This document shows positions 18,726-27,716 of a stretch of 64,000 nt of DNA, piece by piece (the first letter of the stretch is position 1; each line of letters opens with the position of its first letter). This DNA comes from an uncultured Chloroflexia bacterium (GTDB lineage: Bacteria > Chloroflexota > Anaerolineae > Anaerolineales > Villigracilaceae): the NCBI GenBank assembly GCA_963801385.1, contig CAWDEV010000003.1, forward strand, positions 338,687-402,686, written 5' to 3'. A program made the position numbers and the translations under genes. Below the pieces are notes generated by a model that saw nothing but the letters and a program-made list of their open reading frames with translations, did no database searches and was not told where the DNA came from.

Positions 18726-19049
18726 ATGCACATGAAACCTCGCTACAACCCACATACGCTTTCCAGATTACTTCTTGTTCTGATTGCTGCAATCTTCCTG
18801 GCCGGAAATTTGCACGCTGCTGGTTCAGCCAGCGCGGATGCGTCCGCAACCTCGAAGGCCACAACCACGCTGCAGACTAAAAAAGACGCTGCACTTACGC
18901 CAACGCCAGAACCGACCCAGGTTCCGACCCCTTCCACGGTTGCCGCAAATACCACTGGTATCATTATTTTTGCAATCGTAATTGCTGTTATTGTGCTGGT
19001 TGGGGCATCCCTGGGTATGAGAAGACCAAAAAAGAAGAAATCCAGCTGA
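18726..19049 (+). CDS. Small exported, C-terminally anchored Thr/Pro-rich protein
   Basis: It has a signal-like N-terminus (LLLVLIAAIFLAGNLHAAG), a T/P/A-rich linker, a C-terminal TM helix and a KKKK tail, and is followed by a strong terminator. The start is ambiguous (18690, 18726 or 18732). Confidence 0.5.
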   Translation: MHMKPRYNPHTLSRLLLVLIAAIFLAGNLHAAGSASADASATSKATTTLQTKKDAALTPTPEPTQVPTPSTVAANTTGIIIFAIVIAVIVLVGASLGMRRPKKKKSS

Positions 19050-19072
19050 AAAGCACAGGAAATGGCTGCTTT

Positions 19073-19109
19073 CCGGGTGAGATGCAGGAACCTCACCCGG
19101 TTTTTTTTT
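19073..19109 (+). terminator. Rho-independent terminator (CCGGGTGAG..CTCACCCGG + T9)
   Basis: A 9-bp perfect stem followed by nine T residues. Confidence 0.7.
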
Positions 19110-19209
19110 GGTGCGTTTCATCCAGTCATTACGGCAACAATGTAAGGGTTGCCAACTTGCCCATTCGCTTGTATAATCCCCCTATCTTATCCGCCGGAGT
19201 TTCTTATAT

Positions 19210-20538
19210 ATGGAACAAAACAATACCCTACTCGGACAGGGGGATTCGCCCGAGGGCAATCCACCCACCGACCACAACAATAACAATAATATAAACATGG
19301 AAACCCTCCTCAACCAGGAAGGTTTGGCTTTGGATTTTCCTCAACCAGGTGAAATCCGTACTGGTGTGATCGCCAGCATCAGCCCAACGCAGATCCTGGT
19401 CAGTGTTGGCGCAAAATCAGAAGGTGTGATCACCGGTCGCGAACTGGAAACCATTCCAGCTGAAGAACGGGCTGCTCTTCAAGTTGGCCAGGAAATCCTG
19501 GTTTACGTGCTGAATGCCGAAGACGATAATGGCAACGTGGTGCTCTCTTACACGCGTGCCCAGGAGCAAAAAGGGTGGGCTGAGGTCGAAAAGATGCTTG
19601 AAGATAGTGCCACGTATGAAGGCCGCGTGGACGGTTTTAATAAGGGCGGCATCATCGTCCCTGTTTATGGACTGCGCGGTTTCATCCCAGCCTCCCAATT
19701 GAGCATCTCCCGCCGGATGACGGTCACGGGTGACACGCCAGACCAGCGCTACGCAAAGATGATCGGCGAGCCGATCAGCGTGCGCGTCATCGAAGTAGAC
19801 CGCAAGCGCCGGCGCCTGATCCTATCCGAACGGGCTGCATCGAGTGAGACACGCCAGTCCATCAAAGAACGCGTTATTGAGTCCTTGAAAGAGGGTGAGA
19901 CCTACACCGGCAAGGTAACCAGCCTGGCCGATTTCGGCGCTTTTGTCAACGTCAACGGTGCCGATGGCCTGGTGCATCTCTCCGAAATCTCCTGGGACCG
20001 CGTTCAGCACCCCTCCGAAGTGCTAGAAGTGGGACAGGAAGTCAAGGTCAAAGTCATCAATATCGACCGCGATAAGAGGCGGATTGGCCTGTCCATCCGT
20101 GCCCTGCAGAGCGATCCATGGCAGAGCAAGGTGGACAAGTTCAAGGTTGGTCAACTTGTAGAGGGCGTCATAACCCGTCTCACCAAGTTTGGCGCATTTG
20201 CCCGCCTGGAAGGCGACCTGGAAGGTCTCATCCACATCTCGGAAATCAGCGAGAACCGTATAGAGCATCCCAAGGAAGCCGGCCTGCACGAAGGCGATGT
20301 GGTTACTTTACGGGTTATCCGGATTGACCCTGACCAGCGCCGGATTGGTCTGAGCTTGCGGAAAGTGGATTCAGGTGCGTTCAAGGATCTCGATTTGAAA
20401 CAGATCACCCTGGATGGTGTCAGCCTGGAAATGGCTGGAGAAGCGCCTGCAGTTGAAACGCCCTCAGAAGAAGAGACTCCTGCGCAAGCAGAGCCACCGA
20501 CCGGCGAAGAACCCCCGGCCGGGGAAACCCCCGAATAG
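19210..20538 (+). CDS. rpsA: 30S ribosomal protein S1 (four S1 domains) with an acidic Pro/Glu tail
   Basis: It has repeated S1-domain signatures (G.V..I...GA.V.....GL.H.SE.S). The start could be the internal METLLNQEG at 19297. Confidence 0.9.
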   Translation: MEQNNTLLGQGDSPEGNPPTDHNNNNNINMETLLNQEGLALDFPQPGEIRTGVIASISPTQILVSVGAKSEGVITGRELETIPAEERAALQVGQEILVYVLNAEDDNGNVVLSYTRAQEQKGWAEVEKMLEDSATYEGRVDGFNKGGIIVPVYGLRGFIPASQLSISRRMTVTGDTPDQRYAKMIGEPISVRVIEVDRKRRRLILSERAASSETRQSIKERVIESLKEGETYTGKVTSLADFGAFVNVNGADGLVHLSEISWDRVQHPSEVLEVGQEVKVKVINIDRDKRRIGLSIRALQSDPWQSKVDKFKVGQLVEGVITRLTKFGAFARLEGDLEGLIHISEISENRIEHPKEAGLHEGDVVTLRVIRIDPDQRRIGLSLRKVDSGAFKDLDLKQITLDGVSLEMAGEAPAVETPSEEETPAQAEPPTGEEPPAGETPE

Positions 20539-20546
20539 GTATTCCG

Positions 20547-20576
20547 AAACCCGGCTTCTCCTGAAGCCGGGTTTTT
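20547..20576 (+). terminator. Terminator after rpsA (AAACCCGGCTTC-TCCT-GAAGCCGGGTTT + TT)
   Basis: A perfect hairpin plus T run. Confidence 0.65.
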
Positions 20577-20585
20577 CAACCGCCC

Positions 20586-21683
20586 ATGCAAATTCCCCTG
20601 GTTGTTGATGCCCATGAGGACATCGCCTATAACATGCTTTCATTTGGACGGGACTACACCCGCCCGGTGGCTGAAACGCGCCGGATCGAAATCATCTCAG
20701 GCTCGCAGGCTCCTGAATATACCGGGCAAAGCCTGCTTGGCTGGCCTGAATACCAACACGGCCGGGTGGCTGTGATCTTCAGTACGTTATTCGCCACGCC
20801 AATCCGCCGGAAAACTGATCCTGGGGAAACACAGGCTTACACAGACTACAACCAGGCTCACCGCCTTTACCGGACACAATTGGATACATACCATGAACTG
20901 GCTGACAGAGTTCCCGGTCGATTCCAATTCATTTCAACCCGCACACACCTGGAAACTGTCCTGGCTGATTGGGCGGATACAAGCCGCGAAAATCACCCTG
21001 TCGGCCTGGTCCCGTTGATGGAGGGCGCCGAGGGAGTGCGCTCTCCATCTGAACTGGAAGAATGGTGGGAAGCTGGTTTGCGCATGATCGGCCTGGCCTG
21101 GGCAGGTACGCGCTTCTGTGGCGGCACGCGCGATCCAGGCCCGCTGACCGATGACGGACGCGCCATGCTCGCGGCAATGGCGGATTTTGGGTTCACGCTT
21201 GACATAAGTCACATGGATGAATTGTCGGCGCGCCAATCCCTCGACCTGTACGAAGGCCCGGTGATCGCCAGCCATGCCAATGCTGCGGCTCTTCTGCCTG
21301 GCTATGATGGCAACCGCCTCCTTCCGGATGAGGTCATCAAGGGCCTGATCACCCGCGAAGGTATTATTGGCGTTGTTCCATTCTGCGCATTCCTGAAAAC
21401 GGGCTGGAAAAAGGGCGATTCGCGGGATGGCATCAGCCTGGACACCCTGGCCGCCCATGTTGATCACATCTGCCAGATGGCCGGAGATGCCAGGCATGTC
21501 GGGCTGGGGACCGATTTCGACGGCGGATTCGGGTTGAATGCGGTTCCCGTCGAGATTGATACGATCGCTGACCTGCAAAAACTTGTTCCCATCCTGAAAG
21601 GGAAAGGATATAATGATGAGGCGGTCACGGCAATTCTCGGCGAGAATTGGCTGCGCCACCTGCGGACTCATTTACCGACATGA
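20586..21683 (+). CDS. Membrane dipeptidase (peptidase family M19)
   Basis: 365 aa with VVDAHEDIAYN, LDISHMDE, ASHANAAAL and GLGTDFDGGFG motifs. Confidence 0.85.
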   Translation: MQIPLVVDAHEDIAYNMLSFGRDYTRPVAETRRIEIISGSQAPEYTGQSLLGWPEYQHGRVAVIFSTLFATPIRRKTDPGETQAYTDYNQAHRLYRTQLDTYHELADRVPGRFQFISTRTHLETVLADWADTSRENHPVGLVPLMEGAEGVRSPSELEEWWEAGLRMIGLAWAGTRFCGGTRDPGPLTDDGRAMLAAMADFGFTLDISHMDELSARQSLDLYEGPVIASHANAAALLPGYDGNRLLPDEVIKGLITREGIIGVVPFCAFLKTGWKKGDSRDGISLDTLAAHVDHICQMAGDARHVGLGTDFDGGFGLNAVPVEIDTIADLQKLVPILKGKGYNDEAVTAILGENWLRHLRTHLPT

Positions 21684-22156
21684 GCATACCATCACCCGCC
21701 CCTTTTTCTCCCGAACCCTCCAAGGAAAGCCTCCCGTCCCGCTGGCGCATACGCTCCGGGTTATTCATGACAATTTGCGGCTTGGTTATTTTCCTGTTGG
21801 GCGCCCGCCCGGGCATCTTTGGTGTGGACCGCAGCCCGGTGGTTGGGTTTGTGCAAATAGCAGTATTCCTGGTGGGCCTGGCCATTATTTGCCTTGGCGG
21901 ATATGTCAGTATGATGGCCTTCTGGAGAAACGGTGACCGCACCATTCCGGCTGACATTGGCACGCGCCTGGTGACAACCGGGTATGTGATCGCCGTTTTT
22001 TCCGGGATGGCAGACGTGTTCGGCTTTGGCAATGAGATGTGGCCGCGAGTACCGTTCTTTGGTCGCTGGCAGGCGGCCGGTGTGCAAGCCGGTGAGGTGG
22101 TGATTGCCATCGGTTTCTTATTATTGCTCCCCTACCGATGGTCCAAGAAAAGCTAG
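21680..22156 (+). CDS. Four-TM membrane protein of unknown function
   Basis: ORF 21647..22156. I prefer ATG 21680, which forms an ATGA overlap with the dipeptidase stop. Confidence 0.5.
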   Translation: MSIPSPAPFSPEPSKESLPSRWRIRSGLFMTICGLVIFLLGARPGIFGVDRSPVVGFVQIAVFLVGLAIICLGGYVSMMAFWRNGDRTIPADIGTRLVTTGYVIAVFSGMADVFGFGNEMWPRVPFFGRWQAAGVQAGEVVIAIGFLLLLPYRWSKKS

Positions 22157-22168
22157 ATCTGGAGTATG

Positions 22169-22192
22169 AACGCCCCGAACGGGGCGTTTTTT
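22169..22192. terminator. Bidirectional terminator (CGCCCC-GAAC-GGGGCG + T6) between convergent genes
   Basis: A hairpin flanked by A/T runs on both strands. Confidence 0.6.
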
Positions 22193-22208
22193 AGCTGCCT
22201 GGATCAAT

Positions 22209-22439
22209 CTACAACTTGCCAACCCCAAGTTTGGTTATATAAACAGCTCCCGAATAACGCTGGATGGACCCTTCCGCAAGCAGGTATTTTGTTATTTCAT
22301 CAAACAGGCGATCTTCGATCTTGAGAGCCCTCTCCACATCTTCGATCTTGATGGCCTTACTGCGGGTGGTGGCGCCATTCTTTCTAAGGTATTTGAGATA
22401 GGATTTTATTTTGGCTTCTTTGGCCTCGAAAATGTTCAT
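22209..22439 (-). CDS. Small hypothetical protein (possible winged-helix)
   Basis: It starts at MNIFEAKEAK with AAAGGAG 5 nt upstream and encodes 76 aa. No family was recognised. Confidence 0.45.
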   Translation of the reverse strand: MNIFEAKEAKIKSYLKYLRKNGATTRSKAIKIEDVERALKIEDRLFDEITKYLLAEGSIQRYSGAVYITKLGVGKL

Positions 22440-22658
22440 GGCTGCTCCTTTCCTGCAAATCATACCTCAGCTCAGAGGACGCTGCAACCATGTTTATACG
22501 GTTTTTAGCGGGGTCTTTTTATAGTAAAAGGACACGGACCTGATCCGGATGAGCCTTGTTTGTGGCACGTCGGATACTTCAACGTTATAATAACAGGACC
22601 AGTTCCAGAAAATTGAATACAACTGACCGCTTTTCCTTCCTGCCAAAAGGAGCAATCA

Positions 22659-23462
22659 ATGAAACAATATCTTGTCAAATCCGGTTCGAAAGTGGATCTC
22701 TCCCTGTGGGATCCCAATGATGAGGGGAATTTCAAAGGAAACAAAAAGAAGGCCCTGGCCCAAGTGGCCAAACTGGATAAAAAATTAGGCGCTTTGCAGG
22801 AAATTCTGTATGCGGAGCACAAGCATAAGGTGCTGATCGTGCTCCAGGCGATGGATACCGGCGGCAAGGACGGCACCATTAGCCATGTGTTCTCAGGCAT
22901 CAACCCGCAGGGGGTACGCGTGGCCAGCTTCAAGGTGCCCACCCCGGAGGAACTTGACCACGATTACCTGTGGCGGGTTCACGAGGTGGTGCCGGCGGCA
23001 GGGGAAATGGTTATCTTCAACCGCAGCCACTACGAGGATGTGCTCGTCGTGAAAGTTCACAAGCTGATCACTCCGGCGGTGTGCAAGAAACGCTATGAGC
23101 AGATCGCCGATTTTGAGCGCCTGCTGGCGGAGAACGGCACCACCATTATAAAATTCTTCCTGTACATAGATCTTGATGAACAGAAGAAGCGCCTGCAGGC
23201 CCGCCTGGATGACCCGACCAAGCAATGGAAGTTCAAAGTGGGCGACCTGGCCGAGCGCAAACTATGGCCCGAATACATGAAAGCCTATCAACAGGCGCTT
23301 GCCAACACCAGTACCACTTTTGCTCCCTGGTATGTCGTGCCCGCCAACCACAAGTGGTATCGCGACCTGATCATCTCGACCATATTGGTGGAGACACTCG
23401 AAAAACTGGATCTAAAATACCCTCAGCCGGAGGAAAGCCTGGAGGGCGTGGTTATAGAATAA
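22659..23462 (+). CDS. PPK2-family polyphosphate:nucleotide phosphotransferase (single-domain, PA3455-like)
   Basis: 267 aa with QAMDTGGKDGTI (Walker A variant), FNRSHYEDVLV and the WKF..GDL..R motif. Confidence 0.85.
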   Translation: MKQYLVKSGSKVDLSLWDPNDEGNFKGNKKKALAQVAKLDKKLGALQEILYAEHKHKVLIVLQAMDTGGKDGTISHVFSGINPQGVRVASFKVPTPEELDHDYLWRVHEVVPAAGEMVIFNRSHYEDVLVVKVHKLITPAVCKKRYEQIADFERLLAENGTTIIKFFLYIDLDEQKKRLQARLDDPTKQWKFKVGDLAERKLWPEYMKAYQQALANTSTTFAPWYVVPANHKWYRDLIISTILVETLEKLDLKYPQPEESLEGVVIE

Positions 23463-23474
23463 ATTTGAATTCGT

Positions 23475-25607
23475 TCAGGCTGACTTTCCGTGGGGGTTCT
23501 GCATCAACCATTCCTGGATATTCACCCGGGGTTCATCTCCATTCGGATGACGGCGACGGTAAGTGCCATCCGGCTGCATCCACCTGGCGCTTGAATTGTC
23601 CTTCAGGCACTTTTCCAGGACCTGGTCACGCAGATAGCGGATATCTTTTTCGACCTCGATGGGAAAGATTATTTCCACCCGGTTGTTGATATTGCGAGTC
23701 ATCAGGTCGGCGCTGCCCAAAAAGATCTGTTCTTTGTCATCGTTTCTAAAATAGTAGACCCGGCTGTGTTCGAGGAAACGCCCGACGACACTGATCACCC
23801 GGATGTTCTCGCTTAAATTCTTGACCCCCGGCACCAGGCAGCACATACCCCGGACCAACAAATCCACGCGCACACCTGCCTGGGAAGCTTCGTATAAAAG
23901 CTGGATGATCTGCGGATCCACAAGGGAATTCACCTTGATGATAATATATCCTTCCCGGCCATTTTGCACATGCTTAATCTCCCGGCGGATGAGCGTCTCC
24001 AGGCGCTGGCGCAGGTTGACCGGCGCGACCAGCAGTTTTCTGTAATCGTGCATGGTCGAATAACCGGTCAGGTAATTGAACAGGTCGGTGATATCCGCAG
24101 CAAGAGTCTCATCGCAGGTAAACAAGCCGATATCTTCATAGGCAGTGGCAGTAGTAGGGTTGTAATTCCCCGTCGCCAGGTGCAGATAGCGGCGGACACC
24201 CTCCCCTTCCTTGCGGACTACCAGGGCGGCCTTGCTGTGAGTCTTAAGGCCCATCACTCCGTAAACGACATGGACACCCGCCTGCTCCAGAGTGCGGGCC
24301 CAGCCTATGTTGCTTTCCTCGTCAAAACGGGCCTTGAGTTCCACCAGGACAGCCACCTGTTTTCCGCGTTCGGCCGCCTCCAGTAGAGCTTCCACGATGG
24401 GCGAATTCTGGCCGACCCGGTAAAGGGTCTGTTTGATGGCCAGCACCTGCGGGTCACGCGCGGCCGCATTCATGAAATCAACCACCGGGACGAAAGAATC
24501 GTAGGGGTGGTGTAGAAGAATATTCTCCTGCCAGATGGCATCGAAGAATTCACCAGCAAGGGTCACTTTCCTTAGAAGACGGGGAGTGACTGGTTTATAA
24601 AGGGGATATTTCAAATCGTAGCGCTCAATACTGTTGTAAACCTGCCAAAGGCCGGATAAACCCAACAGACCGTTGAGGGTGTAGACATCGGCGGCTCTGA
24701 TCTCGAAGTTTTCAGTCAAAAGGCTGCGGACGTTGGCCGGCATTTTCACCTGGACTGCCGCCATAACCACCGATCCGAATTTCCGTTTCCGAATGCTTAG
24801 CTGCATCGACTCCAGCAAGTCTTCCGCTTCCAGTTCCTGGATTTCAATATCTGCATCACGGATGATGCGGAAAGGATGCGCCTCACGCACTTCCATGCCC
24901 GGGAACAACATGCTCAGGTTGGCGATGATGACCTGATCCAACCAGACAAAATAGTGGTCACGCGCCACGGTGCCATCCTTGCGGGCCGCGCCGGAGGAAC
25001 GCTTCATGGGCAGGAGCGGCGGCAGTGTGGCCGGTACCTTGAGGCGGGCGAACTTATCCACCCCTTTTTTATCGCGGATGACGATTGCCAGGTTGAGACT
25101 CAGGTTCGAGATATGCGGGAAGGGATGGCCGGGGTCGAGTCCGAGGGGTGTCAGGATGGGATAAACGACATTGCAAAAATACTCGTCAACTTTTGCACGC
25201 TGGGATTTATTGAGTTTTTTATAATCGATGATATGGATGCCGGCTTTATCCATTTTCGGGAGCAGGTCTGTCCGGTAGCAGCGCTGGGCCTGCTTGAATA
25301 ATTCCAAGGAACGTTTGCGGATGGCTGCGAGCTGCTCGCGCGGAGTCAAGCCATCCGGGGAAATTTCGTTAATACTGGCGTCAACCTGCTTGCGGATGCC
25401 CGAAACACGCACCATGAAGAATTCGTCCATGTTCGAGCCAAAGATGGAGAGGAATTTCAGCCGTTCCAACAAGGGATTGCTTTCATCGCGGGCCTCTTCC
25501 AGGACGCGTGCCTGGAAATCAAGCAGGCTCAATTCGCGGTTAAGCAGGATGGGAGGCGGGTTGGCTTGCGATTCAGTAGAGTCGTTTTTCATCTGGTTCA
25601 CCTGCAA
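23475..25607 (-). CDS. ppk: Polyphosphate kinase 1
   Basis: 710 aa with NRELSLLDFQARVLEEA, the KTHSK catalytic His region and C-terminal PLD-like domains (RFLEHSRVYYF). Confidence 0.95.
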   Translation of the reverse strand: MQVNQMKNDSTESQANPPPILLNRELSLLDFQARVLEEARDESNPLLERLKFLSIFGSNMDEFFMVRVSGIRKQVDASINEISPDGLTPREQLAAIRKRSLELFKQAQRCYRTDLLPKMDKAGIHIIDYKKLNKSQRAKVDEYFCNVVYPILTPLGLDPGHPFPHISNLSLNLAIVIRDKKGVDKFARLKVPATLPPLLPMKRSSGAARKDGTVARDHYFVWLDQVIIANLSMLFPGMEVREAHPFRIIRDADIEIQELEAEDLLESMQLSIRKRKFGSVVMAAVQVKMPANVRSLLTENFEIRAADVYTLNGLLGLSGLWQVYNSIERYDLKYPLYKPVTPRLLRKVTLAGEFFDAIWQENILLHHPYDSFVPVVDFMNAAARDPQVLAIKQTLYRVGQNSPIVEALLEAAERGKQVAVLVELKARFDEESNIGWARTLEQAGVHVVYGVMGLKTHSKAALVVRKEGEGVRRYLHLATGNYNPTTATAYEDIGLFTCDETLAADITDLFNYLTGYSTMHDYRKLLVAPVNLRQRLETLIRREIKHVQNGREGYIIIKVNSLVDPQIIQLLYEASQAGVRVDLLVRGMCCLVPGVKNLSENIRVISVVGRFLEHSRVYYFRNDDKEQIFLGSADLMTRNINNRVEIIFPIEVEKDIRYLRDQVLEKCLKDNSSARWMQPDGTYRRRHPNGDEPRVNIQEWLMQNPHGKSA

Positions 25608-25623
25608 AAAAGTTTCCAGGAAG

Positions 25624-26136
25624 TCACATCATTTCATCCAGTGCAACCCGTTGACCAGGATTGATCAGCCATTCCAACCCGGCGCATTTCCCAGCCACGA
25701 GTTCCTCCACAGACAGGCAACAGATGCCCGCTTTTTTCATTGTGATCGGTATTGTGGTATCACCGGACAACAACAGGGAGACCAGGTTGCTCAAATCCGG
25801 TTCATGCCCGACCAGCAGCAGATTTTCGACCACGTATTTTGCCTGGATCTCTGCAACCAGCGTGCCAGGATCGCCTGAGGGGGCAAGCGCATCGATCAGG
25901 AGAAGACGTTCCTTCTTGAGGTGGAGACGTTTCCTGGCGATCTCGGCAGTCTGGCGGGCGCGCAGGAAGGGGCTGGAAAGGATCAGGTCGACCTGAAGAC
26001 CCATCTTGTCGAGGGCGTCGGCCACCTTTATCATTTTCCTGGACCCAACAGGTGTCAGCGGGCGCAGGGCGTCATCCGGGTATTTATCAGGATCACGTTC
26101 AGCAGCAATGGCATGACGCAAGAGATAAAGTTTCAT
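25624..26136 (-). CDS. sixA: SixA-type phosphohistidine phosphatase
   Basis: MKLYLLRHAIA ... SSPFLRARQTAEI ... LVGHEP are histidine-phosphatase RHG/H motifs. Confidence 0.8.
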   Translation of the reverse strand: MKLYLLRHAIAAERDPDKYPDDALRPLTPVGSRKMIKVADALDKMGLQVDLILSSPFLRARQTAEIARKRLHLKKERLLLIDALAPSGDPGTLVAEIQAKYVVENLLLVGHEPDLSNLVSLLLSGDTTIPITMKKAGICCLSVEELVAGKCAGLEWLINPGQRVALDEMM

Positions 26137-26189
26137 GAGCAACTCCCTTACAATTTTATAATGAGATTGTCCAGTGAATGCAGGCCTGT

Positions 26190-27716
26190 CTAGTCTTCAA
26201 CGTCCAGGGATACGCCAAAAATATCCTGAAATAGTGTCCGCCGTTTCAGCACGGACCATTTTTCGAGGGCAAGGTCCCCCTGCCCTGCGAGGTGTATCCG
26301 CCAACTTGAGAACTTTTGGCTGAGGATTGCATCGGTCACGCGTTGGGTGTGACTGGCATCCAATGCATCTGCCAGCCGCAAAAATGCACACAACTTGGTT
26401 ATGGTCAAGCGGTCCTTCTGCGAAAGGCTGGGGGAAATCGCCTCATCCTGGTAGGGAACCCCTTTGCGGTGGAACAAAACCAAGCTGGCAACCATTTCCT
26501 GCTGACGTTCACTCAGCCCGATAATGTGGTTGGCCTTCAATATGTAGTAGCCATGTTTATCATGATCCACCGTATTGATAAAATGGCCGCTATCGTGGAG
26601 CAGCGCCCCAACTTCCAGAATCAAACGCTCTTCCCCATCCAGGAGATGCAATTTCAAGGTCTGGTCGAACAGCCGGGCTGCCAGTTGGGAGATGAGGGAA
26701 CCATGATTGAGATCGAACTGATATTTCCGCCCGATACGCAGGGCAGATTCCCATACCTGTTGGCGGTCCGGCAAATGCATCTCCTCGGACATGCTGCGGG
26801 CCAGTTCAAGCAGGACGCCGTTTTTCAGGCCCACATGCGGGATAAGGATCTCCTGCACTGCGGATATGCCGGCTACAAGGCTGAGCACCAGGGAGGCGGG
26901 CAGGATGACATCCGCCCGGTCGGGGCGCATATCCAGCCTTTGGATACGCTCGAGTAAGCTCATCTGGTCAAGCTGGTTGATCAGCCTGTCGAGTTCTTCC
27001 ACAGTAACGGAACTGTCATCGTCGCGCAGGAAAAGTTTTTTGCGCAGTCGGCCAATTTCATCGACATTGCCCCCCGTACCGATACACATATCGAATTTTT
27101 CGCCGCCGATCAGCTGTTCGATCCTGCGACGGGCAGACTGTGTATATTCATGCAGCAGAAGTCCGAATCTCTGGGGAGAATGCGAAACGTCTTCCCCGTT
27201 CAAGCGCTGCAGCAAACGAACCGTACCCAGGCTAAGGCTGTTGGCCGCTATGATGTTGCCGGCTTCGGTTACGGTCAATTCGACACTGCCACCCCCGATA
27301 TCCACCAATACGGCGCGTTTCTCTCGCAAATCCAGCGCAGAGCCGACCGCAAGGTGGATCAACCTGGCTTCATCTTCCCCGCTGATCACTTCAAGGTCGA
27401 TCCCGCTGGCGCGGGTGATCCGGTCGATCAGAATCTCGCGGTTGGATGCCTCCCGGACTGCGCTGGTGGCGACCGCTCTCAGCCGGGATACACCGAAATC
27501 ATCCATGATCCTTCGGAATTGGATGAAGGCATCCACTGCCTGCTGGATGGTCGTTTCCTGAAGGATATTTGGGCTGCCATTCATGAAAACATCCGCTCCC
27601 AGGCGAACGGGGATACGGATGGTTTCCAGGGGCTCCACACGCCAGGCATCATCCAGTGTGGCAACAACCAGGCGAAGGGCATTGGACCCCGCATCAATGG
27701 CAGCAATTTTTTGCAT
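26190..27716 (-). CDS. ppx: Exopolyphosphatase Ppx/GppA with a C-terminal HD domain
   Basis: 508 aa with AAIDAGSNALRLVV, DIGGGSVELT and LLHDSGHFIN. Confidence 0.9.
   Translation of the reverse strand: MQKIAAIDAGSNALRLVVATLDDAWRVEPLETIRIPVRLGADVFMNGSPNILQETTIQQAVDAFIQFRRIMDDFGVSRLRAVATSAVREASNREILIDRITRASGIDLEVISGEDEARLIHLAVGSALDLREKRAVLVDIGGGSVELTVTEAGNIIAANSLSLGTVRLLQRLNGEDVSHSPQRFGLLLHEYTQSARRRIEQLIGGEKFDMCIGTGGNVDEIGRLRKKLFLRDDDSSVTVEELDRLINQLDQMSLLERIQRLDMRPDRADVILPASLVLSLVAGISAVQEILIPHVGLKNGVLLELARSMSEEMHLPDRQQVWESALRIGRKYQFDLNHGSLISQLAARLFDQTLKLHLLDGEERLILEVGALLHDSGHFINTVDHDKHGYYILKANHIIGLSERQQEMVASLVLFHRKGVPYQDEAISPSLSQKDRLTITKLCAFLRLADALDASHTQRVTDAILSQKFSSWRIHLAGQGDLALEKWSVLKRRTLFQDIFGVSLDVED

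Noticed and set aside
20934-21671. 245-aa minus-strand ORF opposite the M19 dipeptidase gene (and 17143..17790 opposite the ATP-grasp gene)
   Set aside because: Both are antisense shadows of genes with clear catalytic motifs, and nothing recognisable is in their translations.
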